From: a virus
Taxonomy: Duplodnaviria > Caudoviricetes
DNA: 64,000 nt
Virus record (IMG/VR): IMGVR_UViG_3300021387_000025
Location: 32,001-96,000 of that record
Strand: one strand, 5' to 3'
Shown: in pieces, positions 10,991 through 24,400 of the stretch
How the letters are laid out: every line of letters begins with the position of its first letter
Numbering within the stretch: the stretch's first letter is position 1
The notes under the pieces: generated by a model
What the model saw: only the letters and a program-made list of their open reading frames with translations
The model's database searches: none
What the model was told of the DNA's origin: nothing
Program-made: the position numbers and the translations under genes

Positions 10991-11710
10991 ATGGCAAAAA
11001 TTACAATAGAATAGATAGCACAAGAATTAGAATAGGACTCTTGGAAAGTTATATCAACTACTTATACAAATTTAAATGAGTAGATGGAATTTAAATGTTC
11101 TGAAGGTCATTCAGTTTATACTAGCTGGGGCAAATTGCGTGTAAAGCGCGAATGCCCCATTTGTAAAGCCAATAAATTTAAAAATGTAAAACCAATTATT
11201 ATTGAAAAAAATAAAAATGTCAATAGAATTTTAGCACTCGATCAAGCCAGTCATATTTGTGGATATTCAATTTATGACGATGGAAAATTGATCACATATG
11301 GCATTTTTGAAACCAAAACTCAAAATGAAGATACTCGCATTCATGAAGTTAAAGAGTGGTTAATTTCCATGATAGATAATTATTAGCCAGATGTTATTGG
11401 AATTGAAGGCATTTAGTATCAGCAATCATTTGGTGTAACTACTTTTTAGGTGCTGGCGCGATTATAGGGAGTTTTGATTGAGGAGTGTTTAGATTAGAAG
11501 ATTCCTTATGAGATTTGTCCTACAAATACATGGCGCGCCTACTGTGGAGTAAAAGGCCGTACTCGAAGCGATAAGAAAATGTCGATGTAGACTTTGGTTA
11601 AAAAATGGTTTGATATTAGTGTGAGTGATGATTGCGCTGATGCAATTGGAATTGGAAAATATGTTGCTGAAAGGCATTAGAAAAAAACTGAAATTGTCAG
11701 TTGGGAGTGA
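10991..11710 (+). CDS. ruvC: RuvC-like Holliday junction resolvase with N-terminal Zn ribbon, 239 aa (10 TAG)
   Basis: ILALDQ, VIGIEG, TWR, DDCADAIGIG catalytic motifs, contiguous only with TAG=Gln. Confidence 0.85.
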
Positions 11711-11712
11711 AG

Positions 11713-11931
11713 ATGGCAGAGATACAAAAACCTACAACTATGTTGATGGATGAATTTAAAGAGAAATTTGTTGAACTTTTGAATAACTCACAACTTCCTG
11801 CTTGGGTTTTGATTTATTTAATTGAACCTTATGTTTAGGAACTCAAACAGGTTGAACAACGAGTAAAAATTGAAGAACGTGAAGAATACGAAAAAACTTT
11901 GAAAGAAGCAGAAGAAAAGACGGAGAATTAA
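11713..11931 (+). CDS. Hypothetical protein, 72 aa (one TAG)
   Basis: GGGAG RBS; frame open to TAA 11929-11931 with TAG readthrough. Confidence 0.65.
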
Positions 11932-11947
11932 ATTCTCCGTCTTTTTT
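11919..11947. terminator. Intrinsic terminator between the convergent replication and structural operons
   Basis: GACGGAGAAT-TAA-ATTCTCCGTC followed by T-tract; A-rich on the other side. Confidence 0.8.
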
Positions 11948-12089
11948 ATTTAAGTTCATCTTTGATTATAATGGCGCTAAGGATAAGCGGAAGAATTAAT
12001 AAAATTGCTTCATTTGAATATCATTTAACGCAAAGGAATGCATAAGCTAAGAAGCCTAGAATGTAAATTATATAAATTAAAATATTCAT

Positions 12090-12383
12090 TTAAATCTCTA
12101 CGTTGCTATTTTCTTCGGGATAAGAAATATCAATATTTGTTCCAGCCTCTTCGCCATCATATGTCCCTTCATCAATTGCATTGATCATCTATCTTGCGTA
12201 CCGTCTTGCCTCAAGAACTTCTTGATACTGTTCCACATCATCTCCAAGAAGCTGAGCTTCCATTGCTTTAATCACCACATAATCAGTGACTGACAAGAAT
12301 GCTTCGTAATACTCTCGTGTAGAATGTCGGTATTTTGGGAGTGTTCCGAGTGCGTATTTTTCTACTAAAAGTTCAGATATCAT
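12090..12383 (-). CDS. Small tail-associated protein, 97 aa (one TAG)
   Basis: GGAGG RBS; TDYVVIKAME...RRYAR[Q]MIN pattern seen in small proteins downstream of tail fibres. Confidence 0.6.
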
Positions 12384-12392
12384 ATAACCTCC

Positions 12393-15300
12393 TTATGAAT
12401 ATGTTCCAATTGCTATTACATCTATATACACATTACAAGTGGTTGAGTTAGCACCAACTCTTTCGACGCAAGCCGTCCCACCTGACGTGGCACTTGGCGC
12501 TGAGCTTCCAGCTGTCGCCCAACAGGTCTGATTTCCACCAGCTCCGCCAGAAGAACTAACTGTATATGCTCGATATGAAACTGTTGGAATTGCATTAAAT
12601 GCATAATACCAATTTCCAATATCAACCTCTGATTGAGATTCATATATCGGAGTAATCCACAATTTATCTAAAGTCATTGTTTTGGACACCCTTTTCCATG
12701 CTATCTAAATCTTTCTAGTGGAATCCGTAATAGTATTGTTTAAGAATCGTATGCATCCACTCGTAGAGTTTCCATATGCTCTGATAATTCCGGCAGGTGG
12801 ATATTCAGTATTTTGAAACGTTAGACCTAATGTACCATTCAAACTAAACTAATTAGTCCCCGCTGTATGCGCTGAATTCCACGCGGCGCAAGAAAGTCCT
12901 CCGTAAAGAAGCTGTAACTCCAAACCCTGTGAATTTGGTGCATATAACCTAATTCCTCCAGCATTTACGTATGTTTGCCCATTATCATATGAATTAGTAA
13001 TTGTAAGTACCCTTGTAAATAAATTTGTACCGGTTGACATGCCATCGTTCCGAGAAATATTAATAGTTCCACCAGTAATGTTTGCACTATTTGATGAAAG
13101 ACTATTAGCTATTAAATCTCCAGTATTAGTAACCTTAAAAACACCCTTTCCAAGTGCTATTCCATCAGTTCCAACATAAACACCGTTGTGAGTTGTATCC
13201 GACAATGAGGTCATACCATTATACATTGAATTACTTGAAAGGGTTAATCCTCCAATCGTGCCACTAGATGTATATAAAGTCCCCCAAATAATAGCATTGC
13301 TAGCCTAAAGAAGGCCCGCAGATGATACTTTAAAACCAGTAGCTCCACTCGCAGGACTGCTCCCGATTGTTCCATCTTTGGCAACATAAATTCCCATATC
13401 AGGCTTATTATTAAGATCATCAAAGGAGCCACTCGTTGCAACAGCAGATAATCCATTTATACTACTACTGTCAATCTTCACATCTGGCTATAATGTTAAC
13501 GACCTTGCTACAATATCACCAGTAATCTATAAATTACCATCATCAGTTGCTTTAAAAACAGGAACTACTGCATTATCAATATAGCTATTAATCTATAATC
13601 CATATTCATGAGTAGTATTATTTAAATGCCCAAGTCTTATTTTTTCATAAGAAATCGGCGCGCCGCCTTGCGTTGTATAAGTTGTCTATACAATAACACC
13701 TTCTTTATTAAATCTTACATAACGATCTTTATCATACATCTATCCAGCATTTGGATCGATTGAGAACGAATCATAAGCAGTAATGCCATCTTTATCCCAC
13801 TTAAAGGCAATTGCTGATTCGCCTTCTAGATTATTATCCATATCCCCAACAATTGTAATCTTTTTGGTATCAATTGAACCACTTGATAAATACTAAACAC
13901 CAACTCCATCGCCGCGCACTGCATTATTCCAAGTTTCGCCACCATTAGTAGTAATAAAAATACCGCCAGAGGTAATTTTTACTTGTTCACTAGTATTTGC
14001 CATATTTGTAACGGTAATACCCTAATCATCCGTAACGACAGAATTATTAATTGATGATCTATTTAATGCATTGTTATTTGCTTTTACTGATGAAGCTAAA
14101 ATATCAGTTTTAATTGTTCCGTCTGATTCAATTATATTAGAAACCTTATTGTATGCGCCAACCGTATATTGTAACGATTGCGTTTGAGCCGTAATTCTTT
14201 GGAATAAATCTTCAAATTGTGTTCGATAATTCTATACTGTAAAGCTATCCTTAGAAGGTTCATCAAAATTATAATTAATTTCTGTAATTACAACTTTTTC
14301 ACGATAAGGAGTTTTTACAAACTAATCACGATCATAAACCTAAATATATCCAAAGAAATCAGTATCTTCAACATAACTAATGTCACCCAGTCTAAAGTCT
14401 TTAATCTTAAAATCTTCAAGACTTGTTAATCGCATAACTGCAATATTATATGAAACTTTTGGACGCGAAGAAGTATAAGCCACAGAATTAGCATCAAGAT
14501 AATATAAATTATCATCATAATATTTCTAATCGGTCCACGACCCTTCAGAAATAAAATGAGCATATTTTTTATTAAACAAATCTGTTTTTAGTTTAATGTA
14601 TTCTTTATACTAATCCATCTATTGCTAATTAGCTTTGATTGTCTAATCATATGTAGCAATTACAGTATTTAATTTACTAACCTAATCTTGATAATAATTT
14701 ACTAATTGTGTTTGTGATTCAATCGCGGCAACATGACCTTTTAATTCAGGACTACTACCAATATACTACGCAATAAAAGCCTAAGTTCCTGTTGAATTAT
14801 AGGTTTTCATGCCAGCCATATTAGTAATCCAAGCCTGATTGTCTCTAATCTCTACGCCCGCCGCCTCAATCGCAGTCTTATAAACGTTTACTAGTCCTTC
14901 ATCTTTGTTTTTAGCAATTAAATAATTAGCAGTTTCTTCTGCTAGTCGGGCATACTCAGTATTCCAAAAATGTAAATTTGCATAAAAAGCTTGCGTGTCT
15001 TGATAAGTACCATGACGACTATAGAGGTCTTTATTTAATTCCGCGCCATCCATCATTTTATGATTGACATAATAATCAAAATTTAAAACATAATCAATCT
15101 ATGGATAATTAAATTTACTTCGCGAAATGCGGCAAGTACCATTTTCACCAAACTCATTATTATTTTCTAAAACAATTGTTTTAGTTACAATCTAACTAGA
15201 TTCAATAGTTCTTGAAATGGACTATAAATCAATACCATAAACAAAGCCAATTCCACGATCTTCACCTGCTTCGCGCCGAATAGTAATATATTTTTTAGGA

Positions 15301-17285
15301 CGAACCTACACTTTTCCTGGCTCAACTTCTACAATCTCTTGCTCAATCTTACCAGTTTCATCATGCCTAACATCAAATCGAATCCAGCACTCAAAGGTCT
15401 CAGCAATTGTCTGCAATATATTAAAACGATTAGATTGTTTTATATTAATAGATCTCACTTTAGAATAATTGTCATTATACTTCTATACTAAAGTAATTCC
15501 CTACTTGTTCCAATCTTCAAATCCACTATATAAATAATTTATTGTATTATTTTTAACAACAAAATAATTATACACTGTATTGATAATACCAGTCTTATCT
15601 AATTCACCAGGGTATAGCATATTACCCTAATGATCTTTAACAACTTTAAAAAGTTGAATTTCTTCAATATATCGCGCAGAAGTATTTGCTGTTTGAGTAA
15701 TAAATAATCCAATTCCATATCTGTAAATATCAGAACCGGTAAAACCATTTGTACAGGTTAATTTAAATTCCACCCAATTTTCGCTACCGCTGATTGGAGG
15801 AGTCACAGGATCTACTCTAAAAAAAGTAATACCAGTTGGCTATTTACTTCCAATAGTCGAATTAAATTGATACTGTCGTACTAATGGCGCTAAATTTAAA
15901 TTTGATGAATCACAATAACTATAAGCACCATTTATTAACTACTTTGCTTTTATGCGAACGTAGTAAACTTCACCTTGTTTACACTCTTCTTGAAAATGTT
16001 GACTATTAGAGTGAAATGCATCGTTATAATAAAATCTTGTGGAATTCCCAGCTGCGGGAATAGTCAAATACACAATACGAGTTTCTGCTGTGGAAGCTGT
16101 CACTGGATAAACAGTTAAACTAACTGGATACTCAGTAGGTGCTTCCCAGCCGGTAGTTGAAATAAATGCTGTGCCATTGGCGATTAAATTAGTCGCATAA
16201 AGCGCATCACCAAATTCACTACCGATTGATTCATAAACAATATCGCCTACTTCAACCTAGCCAGCATATTGTCCACTAGGATTAACTGCAGTTACTGTAT
16301 GAACATAACAACTTTTACCACTGACTGGCTCAATTGAATTAATCGGTTCAGAAACTAAACGATTAGCGCGGTATTGAGTAGAAATATAATTATATTGAAT
16401 GCTACCAATTGTCTAATTATCAACTACAAAAGTTAATATTTCATTTGTTATAGAGCAATTACAAGAGCTAATTTCATAACAATCTGCCTAAACTAACATC
16501 TCAGTCTAAGCCAATTTTGAATATTTTTGCTCTGGATCATAAGCAAAATATAATGGGCTAATTGTAGTAGATGGCGTTTGGATACTATTATTAATAAAAT
16601 CTGCTAATTGAGGATAATAAATCAAAATTTTTGTTGGCTTATTATCAATGGTAGATGGTATATTAACTGACTAAGAGGTTTGCATATTAGTCGCTGTAAA
16701 ACCTGATGTCAATTCAATTTCAAATACAGCTTCCTCATTAAACTGTTGAATATTATCTGTACTGCCTAAAGTCCATTCAGTTCCTTCAATAGTCCGTTCT
16801 ACCAACTCAGAAACAGTGCCTTGATTGCCACCTGTTACATTATTTAATGTTAAATCATCATCAAATATTAAATTAAAACCAGTTTTTGCCAATTCATTAA
16901 TATTAGCGTCTTCACACTAATAAATTACTGTTTTTCCGTTAGATGATTCTTGAATATTTTTGATAACTAAATCATACCAATTATTCAGCCATAGTACTTT
17001 AATTTTTCGTTCGTTAACTAATAAAGTTATAAATGAATTGTCGTAATCTTCTCCAGTTACTTCGTCATGATAACGATAATACATTTTAAAGGAAAAAGTT
17101 ACTTTTCCATTTACATTACAAATTAACTTTGGCTCAATAGCGCGGCAATCAGCTGTCATGGTATCAGATCCAATCACAGCAATTTTTTCTTCTTCATAAT
17201 GCCCAGGAACTAAATTCCCATTGATTTCTTGTTCAGGAATAAATATATCTTCCCATACAGAAATCTCATATTTATCTTTTGCCAT
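12393..17285 (-). CDS. Large tail/baseplate-spike (Tal/host-recognition) protein, about 1630 aa (TAG=Gln)
   Basis: Track fragments 16917-17285, 16671-16892, 14781-15056, 12849-13226 and 12393-12689 share one frame; stretches checked are interrupted only by TAG; beta-rich C-terminus; follows Dit. Confidence 0.8.
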
Positions 17286-17296
17286 CTAAACCTCCA

Positions 17297-18343
17297 TTAA
17301 TAATACAGATAATCATATTCTATTTTACAATTGTCCACTACTGAAGAGCGAGCAACATTAATTTTTATATAATCACAATAGTCAACTAATTCTTCCGCAG
17401 TAAGTGGGTCTGGATCTTGGGTTATAGGAATTTTAAAAAATGTACCACTTGATATATATTTATTATAAAGTGTGCCAGTTTTATTATTATTCGCATCAAT
17501 ACCATAAACTAAATTAGTTGCTGTATCTACAACAAGCCGAGTATCTCCACTGTCCATAATCAAACCAGTAAAATTTAATTGTGCCAAAGATACATCTCCA
17601 ACAGAAGAGGTGGCTGGTTTATTTTCACCTTTGACACGATGCACCATTTCCAAACTTAAATCTGAAGGAACAACATCATGGTCAATAATAACTTTAAAAT
17701 CTGTTGGAACGTCTCCTGGATTATAGACAAATCGCGCAGCTACATTCCCATTATCTAAACTACTAATATTTTTTAATTCATTCATCTACGCTTGACTAAG
17801 AAGATGAACAGAATCATACCATTCATCAATATTTGGATAATTAATTTCATCTTCTTCAAGCAAATCATAAATTTTAAAGTTATCTCTCGCATAAGGTACA
17901 TAGCTTATAAACTAGAAAGTAATTTCACCTTTATGCACGCGAAGTTTTTCAAAGAAAGTGTCTCCACCTGCCTGAACTGGTTTTTCTCTAAAGGTTAAAT
18001 ATTTAATTTGCGGCGGCGCCTGTAATTTAACCCTATATTTTTTATAAGGGACCTCATCAAGCACAAGCCAATCTTCTGCTTTGCCATTAAAAATCTATCT
18101 AATCTGACGTAACTAAGTTTCACTCAAATCATCAAAAGCACATTGAATAGTAAAAGTTCTCTAACTATAAAAAGAGTCCCAATAATAGGTACCATCACCG
18201 CCAGGTATTTTAGAAGTTGTATCGGTAAAATTAGGGATAGAAACATCATTATATCTATCGCCATCACTTACCCTATACAAACCTAAATCGCGACTATGAT
18301 GTTCCCCAAATTGAAACCCAAGATAATCTCCATAGTATTTCAT
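17297..18343 (-). CDS. Distal tail protein (Dit)-like, 348 aa (TAG=Gln)
   Basis: GFQFGEHHSRDLGL..IPGGDGTYY N-terminus and NPGDVPT; located right after the tape measure gene. Confidence 0.75.
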
Positions 18344-18431
18344 TTTATTTCTCCTTTTAATTCCTAAAATTAAGTAGAAAAAACTAAAAACTTTTTTATG
18401 ATTCTGGGGCCTCATAAGAGGCCCCTTTAAA

Positions 18432-21400
18432 TTATCTCATCAAACTAATTGCGTTAACATTTCGATACTCCGCGGCATCGTAAATTTGTTTTTTAATACG
18501 CTCTGCAAGTTGATCAACATCATAATCAGAATCAATTTCTGCCTGAATATCAATATCAAAATAATTATCTCCACCGGTCTACGCCGCAGTCTTTGTACTA
18601 GAAGTATTCTTTAAGATGGACGCAAGAATGTCTTTTAATGCAATAAAGTTCTATGTGTCAGCCGCATTCAACACCATCTCTGGACGTGATTTTGTACCAT
18701 CTAACCATGCGGGACCAGTAAAGTCTGCTAAACCACCTTGCTTATATGCTTGGAATGAATACAATGGAGTACCGTTTTGATGAACAGCAGTATAACCAAT
18801 TTGTCCATTTGGTAATTTAATTTTATACCAGCCATAATCACCATAACCAATAACATCAAAAGATTGTCCTTTTTCAGTATGACCAATTACGTTATTACCA
18901 TAGGCAACTGAACTTCTGACATTAACCCAACCATAAGTATTAGTAATACGTCCTAATTTAGCAGGTTCACTATTTTTAGGAGTCTACTGTGGAGTTGTAG
19001 CAGCAGGAGTAGAAGTAGTGGCTTTTGCTGGAGTAGTGGCAGAAGTAGTACTTGTTGTCGTCGTTGCAGGACGTGCTGCCTATGTAGTATTGGTAGCTTT
19101 TAACGAATAAGCCTATTTATTATAATCCCAATACAAATCTCCATCAGTATAAGTTTTCTTAGTCTTACTGTCATACCATGTTCCAGTTTTAGCATCATAC
19201 GTCAATGTTGTACCATCGTTTAAAGTCAATTTACCAGAACTAGATTTTGCTTCTGCCAATGTATAGTTTTGTAAGCCTTGAATTGCAATTGCAATTTCCT
19301 TAGTAATATCTTCGGTCCACTAGAAAGACTTTAATTTACTAAGCGCCTGGAAATTAGCATCTTCTTTTAATAACTAATAAAGATCACTTTCAACTTTAAT
19401 CTTTCCATTGGCATCAAATGCGCCCGATAGCTTAGATTCAACATCTGTCCAGAACATACCATAACGCTTTTCATGCTCCAACAAATCTTTTAATAGATCA
19501 ATCTGCGCTTGACGCTATTGTTCCGCGCGAGTTGCTTCCTCTTGCATTTCTTGGATGGTTTGATCAATAATCATATCTTGATAAGATTGCTGGTCATTGC
19601 TAATTTCTTTTTGAAGCTTAAGAATCTCTAAATCATTCGCGCCAGAGGTGTCGCGCTGAAGATATGCAAGCCGCATTTCTTTATCACGAATATCCTGTTC
19701 CTTTTCAGTATTTTCACGAGCTTGACGTTCTTTAGCAACCTCATCTTGAATTGCCGTTATCGTTTTGTTGGCCGCATCAGTAATTGAAGAATTAATATTT
19801 TCCAATGCTTCAATTTCTGCTTCACGGCGCGCTACCAATGCGTCATAAACTTTTTGTTCAAAATTGAGATATTCTTCTTTACCGCGATCTTGAATTTCAA
19901 TTAACTGATCATTAATTTCTTCAATAGCATCTTCTGTATCTACAATTTCTCCTTGAAGTTCTTCAAGACGCGACACATATTGTTCAACTGCTTTGCCAAG
20001 GTTTTCATCTACGATTTGATCAATTGCGTCATAATCAATTTGAACTGTATTAGTGCTTAAATCATAACTTGCATACCGAGTCGCGCCAACTGCGCCGAGA
20101 GTAGTGATGTTACCTTCACTATCTTCATATTTTTCATTTGCGACGTTTTGAACTTGGCGTTGACGACCAGCCAACATTTGTTTTTGAAGAGCAAGTTGCT
20201 GTTTTAAAGATGCTGTCTCGCGAAGAGTATTTTCTACGAGATCGCTAGCTGTCTTGGTATGATCTTTGAGCATATCTTCATAACGATGTTCAAGACGTTC
20301 GCGCTCACGAAGAGCAGTATTGATTTTTTGTTGAAGGTTATAAAGTTCATCATAGGGATTGAGCCATTGATTTGATTTTTCTTCTTTTCCAGAACCTCCC
20401 GAACCAGAACCGGATTTAGAACCACCGGAGCCTCTAGATCCATAATTCTATAATCCAGAAAAATCAGGTTTAGGATAATCTTTAGTAATAGGCTCCCACG
20501 TCATTTCATAAATAGGCACTCCTATTGTTCCACTTGTAATCTATTGATTTATATTATTCCATGCCTCTCCATAATTTAACTAATTAATCTTACTTGCTTT
20601 TGGAACCACAATCTATTGCACACCAGCCTATTTGTATGATTGTTTCAACCCCATATTTGCAGAGATTGCTTTACCCGCTTCACCAGAAGCATTAATCATT
20701 TTATTTAAGCCGTCTCTAAATTGATCAAGTTCCCACATAGCTTCTACAGTCAAATCTGGAAATTCCTCTAAAGTCTGCTAAAACCACTCTCTAAAAGTAA
20801 GGGTTTCTTCAGTAGCATTAGTTGGATCCAAAACAAAATCAATAATTGCCTATTTTCTTGTAATTTCTATCAATTCTGAAATTCTTGAATATGCAGCTTC
20901 TTGTTCTTGTACATTATCACTAACTAACTAAGTTAATAAGCCTTCAATTTCTGTTCCTTGGAAAAATTCATCATTTAGTTCACCAACAACTCCAAAAATT
21001 TCTTGTAAGGTACCTTTAAGATTTTCAAACTATTTAAACTACTCTGAACTTAATTCAAAACTTACCCCTTTTCCAAGCGGACCATTCTCCCCAAATAAAT
21101 TACTCCAATCTTTTGAGGTATCAATAAGTTTTTTCATGTTAGTGTTAACAATGACATATTGTGCAGCAATTTCATGAGCTGAATCAATCTCATTTTCTTG
21201 TACCTTACCAAGTCGAATTAATTCATCAGCATAAGCTTTTACTTCATTTGGGTCTAATCCTTTTTTAGACACCTCAGAATAAACTTTAGTCAATCTGCCA
21301 ACCTAAGAAGCTGCTAAACTATCAAAATCTCCTCCAATGAAATTTTCCAATACATCTTGTGGAATAACACTAGAAGCTTTGGAAAGAATTGCATTTTTGT

Positions 21401-24400
21401 ATTTTTCAGCTCCAGTATTTGCAAAATTGCTTACAAGCTGATCCAGAGTCTATTCTGCTAATAATCCAATTTCATCTAAATCATCGTATTTTTCTAATTC
21501 CTTCAAGTACTAAGGATTTCGCGCTGCCATGTCTTGAATAGCAGTTACCCACTCCTCAGCAGTCGCATCTGATAATTTAGCAATAAATTGAGGTAGCATT
21601 TCATTAGATAGTCCATCTATACCAAGTAAACTTAAATCAATGTCCTAATCAGTAGCTCGCTAAATAATTTCATTTAAATATTCTTTATCAGTTAAAGTGT
21701 CTTGGTAAGTACCCTTTATCTAACCATACTCATCATATATGTTTCTTGTAATGGCCTTACCGTCTAAGCCAGCTGTTAATCCAAAAATCGCAGCCTTAGT
21801 TTCAGACTATTCACGACCCCTACCTAACAAATCATTTGTTTGATTATTAATAGCAGTAACAATATTATCTAATTTATCACCAATATAAAGATATGAACCA
21901 TCTTCACGATATGTAAATTCAGATACATTAACTCCAGCTTCAACTAATTTATCATAATCATCTTTTGAGAAATTACGATTCTATTCACCATTACGAATAT
22001 TATTTGCTAATTTAACTAAATCTGGTAACTATTCAGAAAGTTTTTCAACATCAATTGTTGCTAATGAGTGTGCACGATTTTTAATTAATTCAATAAAGCT
22101 ATCAAAATCTTGTTCTGCTCCCGATAAATCAAAACCTAAACTTATTAATGTTTCTTTAAAACTATCAACATCTTCTTCAGAATTTAAGGCTACAGTAGAA
22201 AATGCTCCTACTACTTTTTCTAATTTTTCAACATCTTCAGTTACATCTGTGCCTATTAAGTTTCCTAACCTTTCAATAATTTCCACGCCAAAGGCACCAT
22301 CATCAGCAGGAACATACTACTGTAATTGTTTAGCAAAAGAATCGATTGTACTTGAAGCAAACTAATCAGTAGCATCTTTAAAATTCTAATTATTTAAACT
22401 ATTATAAGCATTATCAATTGAAGTCTGTGCAACAATAATACTTGTAGCAAATTCTTTTGCCCATTCTCCATATTTTTCTTGCCCACCTAATGCCGCCTAT
22501 TCAGCAGGACTTAAACTATCCCAATATGCCTTAATCGCTCGCGCTAACGGAGAATTTGCATCCTAAAGATCTTGTATATTAGCATCTTTTAAGCCTTGTA
22601 TAATGTTATCCTCAGTAAGGCTATTAAGTTTTTCATAAATGCTATCTAAATCAGACTATTTTAAGTTTTCCCCGGTTTTTCCTTGAAACGCTTTGGCAAC
22701 GGTACCTTCTAATCCAGCTATAGTCTTTGTGTATGACTCCAATTCTTTCGCAGCTTTATTAGCAGTGCGCCACGATGCAAAAGCATTTTTTACATCATCG
22801 TCAGCCAAACCTTTTGTTTTTCCGTTTAAATCAAATTTACCATTATAAGTATTGTAACTAGTAATACCATAAGTCTCTCTTAAAAAATTTTTATAATCTT
22901 CTTCAACGTTAGCGTCTCCACTCTATTTCTATCGCTGCAGGCCATTCTTTAAATTTTCACGTTCTTCCTTGTACATATCAGAAAAACGAGAACCATTGTC
23001 AAGAAAATTCTAAGCATATTCTTGTGCATCCTCGTCTAAGTCAGTTAATGATAATGCTAACCCTCCTAGAGCAGTCCCAAAGCTATCTAATTGAGCGTTA
23101 ATTGAAATTAAACTTTCTCCTTGTTTAGCTATCTCATCAAAATCTAAAATGCCACCATAAAGCTTCTCTTCAATACCAAAATTATCCTTAACATACTGAT
23201 AAAGCTATTCATTATTACGAATTAGACCTTCTGCAACGGCAACAGCAATTGTATCAGTTTGTTCATCAGTTAATGCTGATTCAAGATGTGTAATTCCATC
23301 CTGATCACGAGTTTCTACACTAAGATCCATGACGGATCGAGGCTCTATTAAAAATGCCTATTCTCTTAAATTATTTATATTTGCGCCAATCTAACTAATA
23401 TTTCCTAAATTTTCGCGGGATTGATAATCTGTCATAATAGCATCGTAATTAGTAATTCTTAAAACGCCATTATCATTTTCAATCTATAATTCTTTATATT
23501 GATTTAATAACTCTAATACTTCTTGATTATTAGCACGAACTGCTTCAGTCCATTCTTTAGTACCTTCAATTAATTCATCTATTTTACTTGCAGATTCAGC
23601 TAAATCTTCATAGCTTTCTCTTAAAGTATTGACAGCTTCAGTCGCTTGATTAGCTGCCTCGCTTGCCGATTCTAAAGTGGCTTTAGTTCGTTCTGCGGCC
23701 TCGGTAGGAGTTTCAATTACTTCAGTCAATATCGTAATTAATGCAATTATTGCACTAATAATTGCCGCAATCCAACCAATAATCGGAATATTCCAAATTG
23801 TTTCAGAAACTTCAATTCCAAATATTTTAAATGCATTAGCTACCATCGGTAAAATTGAGCCAACACTCATTAATGCAACACCTATCGTTTTTAAGACTTT
23901 TGTTGTACCGTTAGACTACCCAGAAACTTTTTCAATTATAGTTCCTAAACCTAGTAGTGTCGATCCAATTCCCATCATAGCTGTCTAAGTAATATTTAAA
24001 GCTTGTTGCTAGTTTTTAAATGTCACTCCTAATTTATCAGCCTATTCTCCAGTAATTGACATCTAAATTCCTGCTTCTTTAGCTTCTTGAGTATATTTGG
24101 CTAAACTTTCAGCATCAGTAATAGCTGATTTTTCTAACTTCTTAAAAATTTTTAATTGCTATTCATTTAATATATTTTCATCAACCGACTATAAAGCAGT
24201 ATCAAAAATATTTTGTATGTTGTTTTGATTTAAATTAAAATCTATATCACTTAAATCAACTGTTTTTAATCCAAGCTAGCCAGCACTTAATTTAGATGAA
24301 AATTTCTTTGCTAACCAATCTTTGATATTTCCAAATTTATCTTTAATTCCTTCTGCTAAATTTTCTCCAACGTTTTTACCAATTTTAGTAATAGCAGACT

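Noticed and set aside
12393-17285. Diversity-generating retroelement targeting the tail protein
   Set aside because: No reverse transcriptase and no TR/VR repeat pair noticed in this window
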